From Candidatus Microgenomates bacterium (GTDB lineage: Bacteria; Patescibacteriota; Microgenomatia; JACQLA01): a stretch of 64,000 bases of DNA. Position 1 is the first letter of the stretch, and every line of letters starts with the position of its first letter. A program made the translations under genes and the position numbers. The stretch covers positions 184,088 to 248,087 of the forward strand of contig JACQLA010000003.1 of the NCBI GenBank assembly GCA_016204255.1, written 5' to 3'. Positions 21,397 to 31,733 of the stretch are shown here, one piece after another. The notes below the pieces were generated by a model, which worked only from the letters and a program-made list of their open reading frames with translations, had not been told where the DNA came from and did not search any database.

Positions 21397-22282
21397 CTTT
21401 TAATTGTTTATTTGTTACATGGGTATAAATCTGGGTGGTGGAAATATTTTTATGCCCTAGCATCTCCTGAACCGAACGCAAATCAGCCCCTTGAATTAAA
21501 AGATCGGTCGCGAATGAATGGCGCAGGCCATGGGGCGTAATTTTTACCGGTAGGCGACATTTTTTCGCGTACTTTTCCACCATTCTTTCAACTGAACGAG
21601 CAGTCAACCTCATCTGTTCGCCATCTTTTTCCTGTTCAACCTTGCCTGAATAACGGATAAACAACGGCTTGAAATTGTCTTCTCTTTTTCCCAGATATCT
21701 TTTAAGCCAATCAACCGCCGAATGAGACAAGAAAACCACCCGGCTTCGTCCTCCCTTGCCGATCACCCCAAACTCCCGGCGTTCCAAATTAATATGATCG
21801 CGGTTTAGTTTTACAAGTTCGGAGACACGAAGACCGGTGGAAAAAAGTGTTTCCAAAATCGCCTTATCACGTAAACCTTGCGGGGTTGAGATTTCCGGTG
21901 AGTTTAAAAGCCTTCCTACTTGTTCATTATCTAAAAACTTAAGCGAACGACTCTCAGCTTTGGGCAAATCAATTTTTTCGGGTGATAAAACTTTATAATC
22001 TCGCTTTGCTAGATATCTTAAAAAAGCCCGCAGGGCAATGACATAATAATTTTGCGTAATTCGCTTTAAGGGTGCCGGCTCGGCAACGTGAGCTAAATAA
22101 AGCCGGTAACGGCGCACAAGCTCAAGATTTATTTCCTCCGGTTTTTCGATAGGGGAGTTGGCTTTAACCCAAGCAGCAAACCTTTCTAAATAGTGCCGAT
22201 AATCTCGAATCGTTAAAGGAGAGCAATTCTTTTCAATTTCTAAATATTCTAAAAATTCATTAATTAATTTTTCTAAATTCAT
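21362..22282 (-). CDS. XerC/XerD-family tyrosine recombinase
   Basis: N-terminal SAM-like domain (SPLTIRDY); [23 protein letters not shown] and TTQIY catalytic residues. Confidence 0.92.
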   Translation of the reverse strand: MNLEKLINEFLEYLEIEKNCSPLTIRDYRHYLERFAAWVKANSPIEKPEEINLELVRRYRLYLAHVAEPAPLKRITQNYYVIALRAFLRYLAKRDYKVLSPEKIDLPKAESRSLKFLDNEQVGRLLNSPEISTPQGLRDKAILETLFSTGLRVSELVKLNRDHINLERREFGVIGKGGRSRVVFLSHSAVDWLKRYLGKREDNFKPLFIRYSGKVEQEKDGEQMRLTARSVERMVEKYAKKCRLPVKITPHGLRHSFATDLLIQGADLRSVQEMLGHKNISTTQIYTHVTNKQLKEVHDAFHSGNK

Positions 22283-22298
22283 AGGGTAGGGTAGTAGA

Positions 22299-22351
22299 GT
22301 CGTAAAATTTAATCTCTTTTTTCATTTTACGACATCATAAGAAGTTGTCAA
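22299..22351 (-). promoter_or_regulatory. xer promoter overlapped by an inverted repeat resembling dif arms
   Basis: Minus-strand TTGACA (22351-22346) and TAAAAT (22329-22324); gtcgtaaaa-N17-ttttacgac. Confidence 0.55.
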
Positions 22352-22465
22352 TCCACAGATTCTTCAGTTTTCTCTAGATTGTGCGACATCAAATCATTTC
22401 TGGAGCCTCCTGTCAACATTTTGCTATTGACAATACCATTTAATTAAGATTTAATAATGTGAAGT

Positions 22466-22780
22466 ATGCCAAGTTTGAAAGAAAGCGTTAGAAATGTCTT
22501 AAACGCCATAAAGAAAAAAGAAGATCCAAAATCTTTACACGCTGACGAATCCGTCATGCCTCGCTATGAGGCCCATCGGGAAAAGATGCGGGAAGCCGCA
22601 AAAAATTTATTTTCGCGGACGGAACCACCACCAACATTAGGAGAGTTAAAAGAATATTTTAATTTGGCTCAGGGTTTACCTACTCCCACTTTTGATAACG
22701 CATACAAAGTTGCAAAAGAACGCAATGTCCCAGAATATCAGGAGGCCGTTGAAGAAACCCGTCGCTTATTAAACCGTTAA
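22466..22780 (+). CDS. Hypothetical protein
   Basis: 104-aa helical ORF; TTGACA at 22427 upstream. Confidence 0.55.
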   Translation: MPSLKESVRNVLNAIKKKEDPKSLHADESVMPRYEAHREKMREAAKNLFSRTEPPPTLGELKEYFNLAQGLPTPTFDNAYKVAKERNVPEYQEAVEETRRLLNR

Positions 22781-22818
22781 AAATTCCGTTATGGTCGGCG
22801 CGAGATTCGATATAACTT

Positions 22819-23247
22819 ATGTATCCAAAAGAGTGCGCAGGTTGTCTTTTCCTTAGTAAAATTTTCAGATATGATGGCAACCCGCCCGAGGACGTCATCC
22901 TGAGTCTATCCCCAGAGGATCGCCGAGCATTCTTAAAAGATCTACGCGATGAAAACTCTTGGCGAGAGCTTGACTGTTGTGAAGCCATCCCACATCCTTT
23001 ACCACCACCTGAAATTGACCTAGCAGGAAAATCTGGAGAGATATTGTTTCCCCAAGCTTGCCCCAACGAAGGTCCAATTACCATTTTGCCAGTAAATAAT
23101 GCCGAATTGATGGATCTTGTTGATCATTTAAATGCGGCTCCGGCACGACAAAAAGGAAAAATAAGGATTGTGTTTGGAGTGAACGAGAAAACAGACAATG
23201 GCAATAGGCCCAGTGTTGAAGTTAAGGAAACCGTAGAAGTTTCCTAA
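22819..23247 (+). CDS. Hypothetical protein with Cys motifs
   Basis: 142-aa ORF with CAGC, CC and CP. Confidence 0.5.
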   Translation: MYPKECAGCLFLSKIFRYDGNPPEDVILSLSPEDRRAFLKDLRDENSWRELDCCEAIPHPLPPPEIDLAGKSGEILFPQACPNEGPITILPVNNAELMDLVDHLNAAPARQKGKIRIVFGVNEKTDNGNRPSVEVKETVEVS

Positions 23248-23250
23248 TCC

Positions 23251-23718
23251 TTAATCAATCTCTCCTGTGGGAATGTCCATATCGGCTAAATAATATCCGG
23301 CGCCACGGACTGTGATTATAATCTGCGGCTCTTTTGGATCCGGTTCAATTTTTTTCCGGAGATAACTGACATAAGTCTTTGCATGCTTTGTGCTATATTC
23401 CGGACCGAAGACCCGATTTGTTAATGTCCGTGCCGATATAATCATATTGCGAAACTCCCAAAAAAGCAGCAGCATTTTATTTTCATTCGGCGATAGTTTT
23501 TTGTGCTTTCCGCCAACAAAAACTTGGGACTTATCGGCATCATAAGTAAATAGTTCATGTTTAAATGCTCGCGGCTGAGATCCTAACCTTGCTTCGACAT
23601 CATCAGGAAGTTTCTCCGGTAAATCGTGTCGTTGCGGAAGACCTCTTAAATCTTCGGCGGCTGCTTTATATCCTGCCTGATACAATCTTCGTGCTAGCCC
23701 TTCAACATCGTTTACCAT
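23251..23718 (-). CDS. OmpR/PhoB-type winged-helix protein lacking a receiver domain
   Basis: LSPNENKML...RVFG...YVSYLRKKIEPDPKEPQIIITVRGAGY; N-terminal ~55 aa is not a receiver. Confidence 0.85.
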   Translation of the reverse strand: MVNDVEGLARRLYQAGYKAAAEDLRGLPQRHDLPEKLPDDVEARLGSQPRAFKHELFTYDADKSQVFVGGKHKKLSPNENKMLLLFWEFRNMIISARTLTNRVFGPEYSTKHAKTYVSYLRKKIEPDPKEPQIIITVRGAGYYLADMDIPTGEID

Positions 23719-24215
23719 AAAATCGGCTTATTATACATCGTTAGTTATTAAAATTTTAGTTTTGGGCTTTAGAGCAAGCCGTATATTCTACGAGCTCGCT
23801 AAATGCCCTAGAAGGGCTTTTAAAAGACTGAAAGCACTAAGTAGTCGTCTTCTAGGCCTCTTTAAAGATCAAAAAAATCTTTTTTCGGAAAAATTTTATT
23901 AAAACCTATAGTAGAGAAGGGGAGTCGCAAATATAAACGGTGGCAACAGAAACCATCTCCCCTGGCATAAAAATAAACCGGAGAATCGAGCCTTTCCCCT
24001 ATAAGTTGCATTTATATTGGTTTTAGGCCAATGCAAGGCTCCAAATCTGATAGTTAACCATACGGAAACCATATTTTAAAAAGATTTCCTAAAATTTAGG
24101 CAGGATTGGGTAAAGAAAGGGAATTTAAGGCCTTTATATGGTTGGAATTTAGAAAAAAGCTGTAAACTTTATTAGAAGTTAAAAAATACACCCCTTCCCC
24201 AAGCGATACTGCTTG

Positions 24216-24243
24216 GCGTCGCAAAAGTATTATTGTGCGACAT
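24216..24243. other. Putative dif-like Xer recombination site
   Basis: gc-gtcgcaaaa-GTATTA-ttgtgcgac-at: 11-6-11 layout with near-palindromic arms, 2 kb from the xer gene. Confidence 0.65.
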
Positions 24244-24949
24244 TATAGGAAACTCGCTCCTCCCGGGAAAGGAGCCCCAAAAACCTCTCTCTATGCGAGC
24301 TATAAAATCCGATCATTATTAAAAGACGTGTCCTGTTGCCTTGAGATTATCCCGGGGAGTATACTCTTCCATTTAGATAGACTAACAATCAAACTGAACC
24401 TACATATCTTAATTCAGAGTGCGTTAAAACCGTTAATGAATTGAGGCCGGCAAGAGCATCACCTGCTTCTGACCCCGTATTAAATAATAAATATCGCATT
24501 ACAACGCTCTAGAAGTCCAATTTCGAGGCCATTTCATCAACCATTTTTGGGTTTTTTATGGTTTATGTTCTACTTAGGTAACAAATTGGGGCATCACATA
24601 ATAGCGGGCCAAACTCTCAATTTAGAGCCTAAGAAATAGTGTGGACTTTATAACAAAAAAGCCCTTCTCCTCAAGGAAAAAGAAGCAAATCCCTTAAAAC
24701 GATGTCGCAATATATCAAACGATTTAAGGCTTTATGACGTTCTAAAGTCTTATTTTTGTGGCTAATTTTTGGAGAATTATCGACCTTGATAGAATTTGGG
24801 GCGTAGTAATGCGCTAAAGTTTTATTTTTGTGCGCAAATAATGTGTTCAATCAAGGGAGGCAGTAGAAGTGAGAAAAGCCATAAAAGCACTCTTCTTCCC
24901 AAGTCGCTAATCTATGGCGTGAAAAGACTTATAGTATTTGTGTGAAAAC

Positions 24950-24958
24950 TTATCCACA
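24950..24958 (+). promoter_or_regulatory. Consensus DnaA box
   Basis: TTATCCACA; degenerate boxes nearby (tgtggctaa ~24757, tgtgtgaaa ~24939). Confidence 0.45.
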
Positions 24959-25179
24959 GTATTTACTATAGGACTATTATAGGCTTTAGTATCAAACTGT
25001 ATCACCCCCTCCTCCTCCCCTTTTTACTCGTTTTATTTAAAAAAATTGCAGTCGACAATAAAAACATTTTTAAAACAAATCCGCAAATGGTGATTTTAAA
25101 AAGCGGAAGGAAATAAATTGTTAGAGGGAAAAAATGAGATACTCTTCTCTCCCCTGTTTTCCAATAAACGTAAGAAAAA

Positions 25180-25989
25180 TTATGTTCCCCATTTTGTGCT
25201 AATAAGTAAGATAAGAAAAACAATTACAGGAACCACAAAAAATTCAAGAATTGTTTTTTTAAATAGCCGACCCGTTAGATACTGCTGCCCTACTCCAAGA
25301 AGAGCATAAAACATCCCAATTAAAAATAACGTATAAAGAGAAATATTTAGTGGCCAGAAAGAAAGCATTAGGGCTATTTCTGATAAAATTAGTGCAATCG
25401 AAAAACTATAAATAGCTACCGGCTCTGTAATCCCCTCCTCAAGCTTTACCGCCCATAGGGCCTGAAAAACTAAAGGCAGTGAAATTATAAAAACCCCAAA
25501 AAAAATTCCCCAATAAGCTAAATGAAAGGAAAAAAGAGATTGAAAAAGCAAGAAAGCGGTAACTAGGGTAATCAAAAATCCCACGGCATGAGCCGCCCTT
25601 AAAAGTTGGATTGTACGAATAGCCGCAACATTATAAATATTTTCGGTTAATAAAAGCGCGTACATCCCTATTGCATAAAGAGTGGCCACTGGAAGTCTTG
25701 TAATCCATCTTACGGGCAGTAAAAAATAAAACAGGCCAACCGCCAACGTATACATCGCGGGTAAAACCAGTAAGGTTATCCATTCAATTCCCGAAAGATC
25801 TTCCCGCAGGGCAAAGGCGGTAAGAAAATAAGCGGCAATGGCTAATATTCCAACGACTAAAAATCTTGATTCTGATTCTAAAACTTGCGTAACAATCAAG
25901 CCGGAAGTTAAAAAAGCAGTTACTAATACGAATATCTGCCGCTTGGAGATACTTATCTTTGGAAGTTTCCATTTTTTATTGGTTTTCAT
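25180..25989 (-). CDS. Multi-pass membrane protein (DUF5656-like)
   Basis: About 9 hydrophobic segments; LLTENIYNVAAIRTIQLLRAA motif. Confidence 0.7.
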   Translation of the reverse strand: MKTNKKWKLPKISISKRQIFVLVTAFLTSGLIVTQVLESESRFLVVGILAIAAYFLTAFALREDLSGIEWITLLVLPAMYTLAVGLFYFLLPVRWITRLPVATLYAIGMYALLLTENIYNVAAIRTIQLLRAAHAVGFLITLVTAFLLFQSLFSFHLAYWGIFFGVFIISLPLVFQALWAVKLEEGITEPVAIYSFSIALILSEIALMLSFWPLNISLYTLFLIGMFYALLGVGQQYLTGRLFKKTILEFFVVPVIVFLILLISTKWGT

Positions 25990-26489
25990 AAACTCCGGGC
26001 GTGATAAATGGCCATCGCTAGGGCATCGGCAGCATGTTGCGGTTTTGGAGAGTCTTTTAAATTTAACATTATTTTTACTTTCTCTTGGACAAGATTTTTC
26101 TCGGCTCGGCCATTACCTGTCAACCCAAGCTTAACTTTTAGGCCCTGGTATTCAAAAACAGGCATTTGGGCCTCAGCTATAGTTACAATTAGTACTCCCC
26201 TTGCCTGAGAAACCATCATCGCGGTTTTAGAATTTTGTCCAAAAAAAAGTTGCTCAACGGCTGCTTGATCGGGCTTGTGCTTTTTAATCACATCCCCCAG
26301 TTGTTCTTTTAAGAGCAGTAGTCGTTTGGGAATAGTGTGATCAACTAAAGTTTTGATACAACCGTAACTCACTAAAGTTAATTGATTGCCAAGTTTTTCT
26401 TTTTTACTTTTTGACGGTTTTTCCTCCTCAATACAAATAATTCCCCACCCGGTCTCCGCCATTCCTGGATCAATCCCCAAAATCAGCAT
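25986..26489 (-). CDS. ruvC: Holliday junction resolvase RuvC
   Basis: ILGIDPG, AVEQLFF, SQARGV, TGNGRAEK, AADALA. Confidence 0.95.
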   Translation of the reverse strand: MLILGIDPGMAETGWGIICIEEEKPSKSKKEKLGNQLTLVSYGCIKTLVDHTIPKRLLLLKEQLGDVIKKHKPDQAAVEQLFFGQNSKTAMMVSQARGVLIVTIAEAQMPVFEYQGLKVKLGLTGNGRAEKNLVQEKVKIMLNLKDSPKPQHAADALAMAIYHARSL

Positions 26490-26549
26490 TTTTCTATACT
26501 AACACGCTTTTTGCTTTTCTTCAATTCAGGGAACGATTTAATCTTAAGA

Positions 26550-27293
26550 CTAACTAAGGAGTTCGTCGGGGATGTCGAAGTTTGCAAAAACTCGCTGAAC
26601 ATCATCTAAATTTTCCAGTTTCTCAATAAATGCAAGAATTTTTTGCGCCATTTGAGGATCGGTTACAGCAACCGTTGTCTGCGGTTTCATCTCCAGCTCC
26701 GCTGAAGATACATCCAAACCCTTCTCTTTTACGGCTTCTTTAACCCTATTTAAATCCTCTGGTTTAGTATAAATTTCCACAGTTTCTGTCGTTTCTTCAA
26801 CGTCTTGTGCACCGGAGTCGATGGCCACAAGCATAATATCATCGGCATTCTTTTCTTTTTTGGGAACAGAAATTTGTCCTACTGATTCAAAAAGATAGGA
26901 GACGGAGCCCTTACTCCCCAAAACCCCGCCTTCCCGATCAAAAATATTCCTAATCTCGCCTGCGGTTCTTTGCTTGTTATCAGTGGCCACCTCAACCATC
27001 ACCGCGACTTTTCCCGGCCCGTATCCTTCATAAACTGCCTCCTCTAAGTCTCCTCCTTCTTTTCCCGATGCCCGACGTATCGCCCGCTCGATATTTTCCT
27101 TAGGCATATTTGACTGGCGTGCCTTCTCAATCGCCAGACGCAATCGAAAGTTAGCATCGGGGTCTGCTATTCCCCCGCCCTGACGCACTGCAATGGTAAT
27201 TGCGTTTGCAAGTTTTGTGAAGGCTTGTCCGCGTTTAATATCGGCTGTCCCTTTTTGTCTTTTAATTTGAGCCCACTTTGAATGTCCGGACAT
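26550..27293 (-). CDS. yebC: YebC/PmpR family protein
   Basis: MSGHSKW, NMPKENIERAI, YEGYGPG, TDNKQRT. Confidence 0.95.
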   Translation of the reverse strand: MSGHSKWAQIKRQKGTADIKRGQAFTKLANAITIAVRQGGGIADPDANFRLRLAIEKARQSNMPKENIERAIRRASGKEGGDLEEAVYEGYGPGKVAVMVEVATDNKQRTAGEIRNIFDREGGVLGSKGSVSYLFESVGQISVPKKEKNADDIMLVAIDSGAQDVEETTETVEIYTKPEDLNRVKEAVKEKGLDVSSAELEMKPQTTVAVTDPQMAQKILAFIEKLENLDDVQRVFANFDIPDELLS

Positions 27294-27503
27294 AATATAT
27301 TATTTTATCAAAAATTCTCTTACATTTCATCTTCAGATAAATCAGCAGATGGAATTAGTTAATAATTTTTATCGCATTCTATCAATCTAAAACTTCCTAA
27401 AACCATCACCGGGTCTTGACAAATTTTGTGAAAGACTTATACTAAATTTCGAGTTTTTGGCAAGAAAAATTTCCATGAGAAAAAGTTCCTTTTCATCAAA
27501 AAT

Positions 27504-28229
27504 ATGCCCAATTTAGCCTCCGAAGCCACGAAAGCTGCTCTAACCGGAGACTGGAAAAAGGCGATTGAAGTAAATACTGAAATCCTTTCTCAAAATCCCG
27601 AAGACATCAATGCTCTTAATCGATTAGCTCATGCCTATTTTTCTTGCGGTAAAAGATCTGAGGCCTGTAAAACTTATCGTAAGGTCTTAAGCATTGATCC
27701 CTATAATTTAATCGCCCAAAAGAATCTGCGCAAAGCAAGTCCTATGGCCGATGAGGAAACTCAAGCTTCTCAGTTATCGTCTACGCTTTGCTTGTTTATT
27801 GAGGAACCCGGAAAAACCAAGATTGCCGATTTAATCAATCCTGCCCCCCAGAAAATTCTTGCCACTCTTTCCCCTGGTCACCCCGTGGAATTGATCATCA
27901 AAAAACATTCCGTGGCAATTTTTCGCAATGGTGACTACTTAGGCGCATTACCGGACGATTTATCTCACCGCTTAATTAATCTCACAAGGGCAGGAAATAA
28001 ATACCAGGCTTTTGTTAAAGCAGTCAAAAAAAACAATCTGCAAGTTTTTTTACAGGAAGTCAGAAGCAGTAAGCGGCTTCGTGGTCAACCATCCTTCCCT
28101 CAAGGTATAAATGATGATTTTTACCCGTTTGTCCAAAGCAAAACGGTTTTAGGATTTAAGCGTGAGTCAACGGAAGATTTGGATCAAGAGGATAGTGAAG
28201 TTACAGACGAGGAAAGTGAAGAAAATTAA
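27504..28229 (+). CDS. TPR-containing protein with acidic tail
   Basis: ALNRLAHAY...VLSIDPYNLIA TPR; FIEEPGKTK motif. Confidence 0.75.
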   Translation: MPNLASEATKAALTGDWKKAIEVNTEILSQNPEDINALNRLAHAYFSCGKRSEACKTYRKVLSIDPYNLIAQKNLRKASPMADEETQASQLSSTLCLFIEEPGKTKIADLINPAPQKILATLSPGHPVELIIKKHSVAIFRNGDYLGALPDDLSHRLINLTRAGNKYQAFVKAVKKNNLQVFLQEVRSSKRLRGQPSFPQGINDDFYPFVQSKTVLGFKRESTEDLDQEDSEVTDEESEEN

Positions 28230-29230
28230 AAGTTTTGATTTAGTTTCTCCCAATAACCTCTACCTATTATAAAAACGATATCCGCACGGCTTTCCTCCAC
28301 CCCCTCGCCCACTTTTTGACAGGAAAAAATTTCTGCAAGTCTTTGAACAGTTGCGCTTCCCAAGTTATTTTTTTTAGATTTTATTTGACACTGACCAATT
28401 TCGTTTTCCGCATTATCAATATTAATTACCTCTCCCCCCAAATTGGTAACTAGTCGTAAGGCATGGTTTCCTAAACCAGTCTCTCCGGTTGAATTAAGAA
28501 TTTCTATTTTCAGATGTTCGTTTTCAATTTTTGAGTCAACAAAAAAACCGGCAGTTTGGACATCAAGTTTTTCTAAATCGGGCACTCTTGCAACCATCCC
28601 TTCCCCCAAAGTTTCATCCACCAAAATACCGGATTGAGAAAGATCTAAAAAGACTATCTTATTAAATCGCAGGTCACGTAAAACCCACCACAGTTTAAGC
28701 CGATCCAAAATGGGTAAGTTAGTTTTCTTTGCCGTCAAGCTTTGAAAAAAATTTGAAACAAGCTCTCGGGAGATCGACCGAATTTCTTTTTTGACTGCGT
28801 CCTTCTCTTCTGAAAAAGAAATTTGCCGATTTCTTTTATCATCAAGTTTTATCCATCCATCAACCGGAGTGGCAAAAAATTCCTGCATCGCTTCAACCAT
28901 CAACTCCGAACCCTCGCCCTCCAAATCTCCCAGTTTATAAATTCCCTCCACGGGATAAGATCCGAAACCACGCGGAACTTCGATATATGTTTTTTCAGGA
29001 ATTGAGATTAGATTAAGATTTTTTTCCTCAGGATCCAAAGACAAAAGAACTGGAGAATCTTGAATTAAAACCAGATTCAGACGACTGTTGCCATCCCACC
29101 CGGAATGACGAATGGCCCCAAAGAATTTCCACCCCAAAAAGATAAAAGACAACAGTCCTATGATTAACAGAATAAGCGGAACTATCTTAAAATTTGCTCT
29201 TTTTTTATGTTTTTTCTTTTTATAAGTCAT
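28226..29230 (-). CDS. LCP/LytR-family protein with LytR C-terminal domain
   Basis: N-terminal TM, LISIPEKTY, IEILNSTGETGLG, ADIVFIIGR. Confidence 0.7.
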   Translation of the reverse strand: MTYKKKKHKKRANFKIVPLILLIIGLLSFIFLGWKFFGAIRHSGWDGNSRLNLVLIQDSPVLLSLDPEEKNLNLISIPEKTYIEVPRGFGSYPVEGIYKLGDLEGEGSELMVEAMQEFFATPVDGWIKLDDKRNRQISFSEEKDAVKKEIRSISRELVSNFFQSLTAKKTNLPILDRLKLWWVLRDLRFNKIVFLDLSQSGILVDETLGEGMVARVPDLEKLDVQTAGFFVDSKIENEHLKIEILNSTGETGLGNHALRLVTNLGGEVINIDNAENEIGQCQIKSKKNNLGSATVQRLAEIFSCQKVGEGVEESRADIVFIIGRGYWEKLNQNF

Positions 29231-29251
29231 GGACGGCAGGAAAAAATTAAA

Positions 29252-30916
29252 TCAGCTTGAGTGATTTCTTTTTGCGTAAAGATACTCCTCTAAATTAGCG
29301 CTATGTTCAGAAAGCAAATGGGCCACATGTTTCCCTCCTAGCACATGCGGTAAGATAACATAATCGGCACCGGCCTTATAAAGCTCCTCTTCCTCCTCCG
29401 GATAAAGGGCGGTTACCAAAATTATGGCGGGAGAATTTTTTAATTTTGCTTTGGAAATCAGGGCCAAATTATCTTCGACATCCGGAACTGTAGAAATAAT
29501 AATTTGGGCTTTGCCTAAATTGAGATGATTTAGAATTTCTTCATCAGATACGTCCCCAAAAATACAAGGCACCTCCTGCGCCTCAAGCCAACGAATTGTC
29601 TCTGGATTAAAATCTAAAACAACAAAGTTCTGCTCCTTTTTCTTTAAGAACTCCAAAATATCGTTCCCGATACGATTACATCCAATTAAAATAACATGGT
29701 TTTCAAAAGGCTTTTCACTGCTGGGTCTTTTTTCGTGAGGTTTTTCCCGTTCAAAAAAATCAAGATATGGCTCAAATTTTTGGTAAAGTTTTTGACCCGA
29801 AAGAATCATATAGGTCGAAAGAGTTATAGTAACAATTCCCACAAGTGTTACCAGGGAGACCTCTGAAGAACCTACATGTCCGAGTCTTTGCCCCATAGCC
29901 ATCAGAATTAAAGAAAATTCCGATATCTGAGCAATGGTTATGGCAACTAAAAATGACGTTCTTTTACGAAAGCCCAAAAGTCCCATGATTAAAAGCATTA
30001 TCAATGGGTTCCCGATCAGAATGAAAATGGAGAGAATGATTGTGGGAATTAAAAGACTCAAGCTTTGATCAATCACCATCTGCATTCCCAGGCCCACAAA
30101 AAAGAGTGTGATGAAAAGGTCGCGCAGGGGTTTTATCCGACCGCTGATTTGAAAATGATAGGGCAGTCCGGAAAGGCTGATACCGGCTAAAAAGGCGCCG
30201 ATCTCAATTGAAAATCCAATTAAATAAGAAACTGAGGCCAAAAGAAAACACCAGGAAATTGCCGCCATAAATAAAAGCTCCTGGTTACGAGCAACCCCTT
30301 TAAAAAGGAGTGGCAAAATTCTTTTAGATAAAAATGAAAGTATCAGAAAAAAAATAACGACTTTAGCCAGAAGCAAGGGAATTGAAAAAATCGTCAGGCT
30401 TTTTGGATCGGCTAAACCTGCCAAAAATATCAGAATCAAAATTGCCACAAAGTCTTGAACCAATAAAAATCCAACCGTAATTTTTCCATAAAGGGAAGAA
30501 AGGTCGTGCTTCTCAGAAAGAAGTTTGACAATAATAATTGTGCTTGAAAAAGTCAGGGAGATACTGATATATGAACTTGCGGTCACCGAAAAACCTAAAA
30601 TAAAAGTCAAAATAAAACCAGCTATAAAGGTGAAAATAATCTGCCCAAAACCGGTAAAAAGCGCCGCCTTCCCCACTTGTTTTAAATCAGCAATTTTTAA
30701 CTCAAGCCCCACCATAAAAAGAAGGAAAGCAATCCCGAATTGAGAAAAAAGATCAATAGTCTCCTGGCTCAAGGTTTTGGTAAAACCCAAAAAACTTAAA
30801 AGAAGGCCGGCAAAAAGGTACGCCAGAATAAGAGGTTGGCGAAAAAGACGTACGCCGACGCCAAAAATTGTTGATAAAAGAAGAACCGCACCTATTTCAA
30901 GAAATGGGTTGGGCAT
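29252..30916 (-). CDS. CPA2 cation:proton antiporter with TrkA-N domain (Kef-like)
   Basis: LLFMVGLEL, FSSTIIIVK, GAFLAG, AQISEFS; C-terminal IGCNRIG...FGD. Confidence 0.88.
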   Translation of the reverse strand: MPNPFLEIGAVLLLSTIFGVGVRLFRQPLILAYLFAGLLLSFLGFTKTLSQETIDLFSQFGIAFLLFMVGLELKIADLKQVGKAALFTGFGQIIFTFIAGFILTFILGFSVTASSYISISLTFSSTIIIVKLLSEKHDLSSLYGKITVGFLLVQDFVAILILIFLAGLADPKSLTIFSIPLLLAKVVIFFLILSFLSKRILPLLFKGVARNQELLFMAAISWCFLLASVSYLIGFSIEIGAFLAGISLSGLPYHFQISGRIKPLRDLFITLFFVGLGMQMVIDQSLSLLIPTIILSIFILIGNPLIMLLIMGLLGFRKRTSFLVAITIAQISEFSLILMAMGQRLGHVGSSEVSLVTLVGIVTITLSTYMILSGQKLYQKFEPYLDFFEREKPHEKRPSSEKPFENHVILIGCNRIGNDILEFLKKKEQNFVVLDFNPETIRWLEAQEVPCIFGDVSDEEILNHLNLGKAQIIISTVPDVEDNLALISKAKLKNSPAIILVTALYPEEEEELYKAGADYVILPHVLGGKHVAHLLSEHSANLEEYLYAKRNHSS

Positions 30917-31607
30917 GTTTTCTTAAAATTTCTTCAAGATCGTCCGGCAGACGACTTTCAAAGGTTTGTTCCTCACCGGTTTCCGGATGCATAAATTGTA
31001 AAAATGTAGCATGCAAAAACAGCCGCGGACACCATTTGCGATCTTCGCGGACCGTCTTCCGACCAGTGTAGGCTAGATCTCCTACTACCGGATGACCTAG
31101 ATATTTTAAGTGTATCCGAATTTGATGTGTTCGTCCAGTCTCAGGAAAAAGTTCAAGGAGAGTGTATGGTGCAGAATGTATTGTATAAAGCTCTAAAACC
31201 CTGAATCGTGTGGTAGCTTCTCTACCACCTGGTAGTACTCCAAATTTCTCCCGATTCCAAGGTAAACGTCCGACCGGCGCTTTAATTTCTCCTTCTCTCG
31301 CAGATACCCTGCCGTGAGCTAAAGATAAATATTTTTTCTTAACTACCCTCTCTTTGAATTGTTTTTGTAAATTTTCAAAAGCTTCTTGCGTTTTGGCCAC
31401 AAGCAAAATTCCGGAGGTTTCCTTATCTAAGCGGTGGACAATACCCGCCCTGCCCCCTACCCCGCCCTCAGGGGGTAATTTAAACTTCTCTTCCAACCAT
31501 TCCTGCAGAGTTTTTTCTTTTACACTTTCTGCCCGATTAACCACCATTCCGGCCGGCTTTTCAAGCACCAAAATATCATCATCTTCAAAAATAACCTTCG
31601 GCTCCAT
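30897..31607 (-). CDS. RluA-family pseudouridine synthase
   Basis: KPAGMVV, HRLDKETSG, TGRTHQIRIH, HPVVGD. Confidence 0.92.
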   Translation of the reverse strand: MEPKVIFEDDDILVLEKPAGMVVNRAESVKEKTLQEWLEEKFKLPPEGGVGGRAGIVHRLDKETSGILLVAKTQEAFENLQKQFKERVVKKKYLSLAHGRVSAREGEIKAPVGRLPWNREKFGVLPGGREATTRFRVLELYTIHSAPYTLLELFPETGRTHQIRIHLKYLGHPVVGDLAYTGRKTVREDRKWCPRLFLHATFLQFMHPETGEEQTFESRLPDDLEEILRKHAQPIS

Positions 31608-31733
31608 ATCTATGTATTATACTCCTACAGTTTAGATTCTCGATTCAATGGAAGAATTAAAGAAACTTCGGCTAACAAAAATGCTTTTGAGACTATCGCT
31701 TGAAGTCACTAAAAACGGGGTTGTTTAACTTTT

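Noticed and set aside
17912-23718. Prophage or ICE around the tyrosine recombinase
   Set aside because: No phage structural, replication or conjugation genes; the recombinase looks like chromosomal Xer
24235-25309. ORFs 24235..24444, 25002..25223 and 25118..25309
   Set aside because: Weak starts, no recognisable motifs; they overlap the dif-like site or the neighbouring gene
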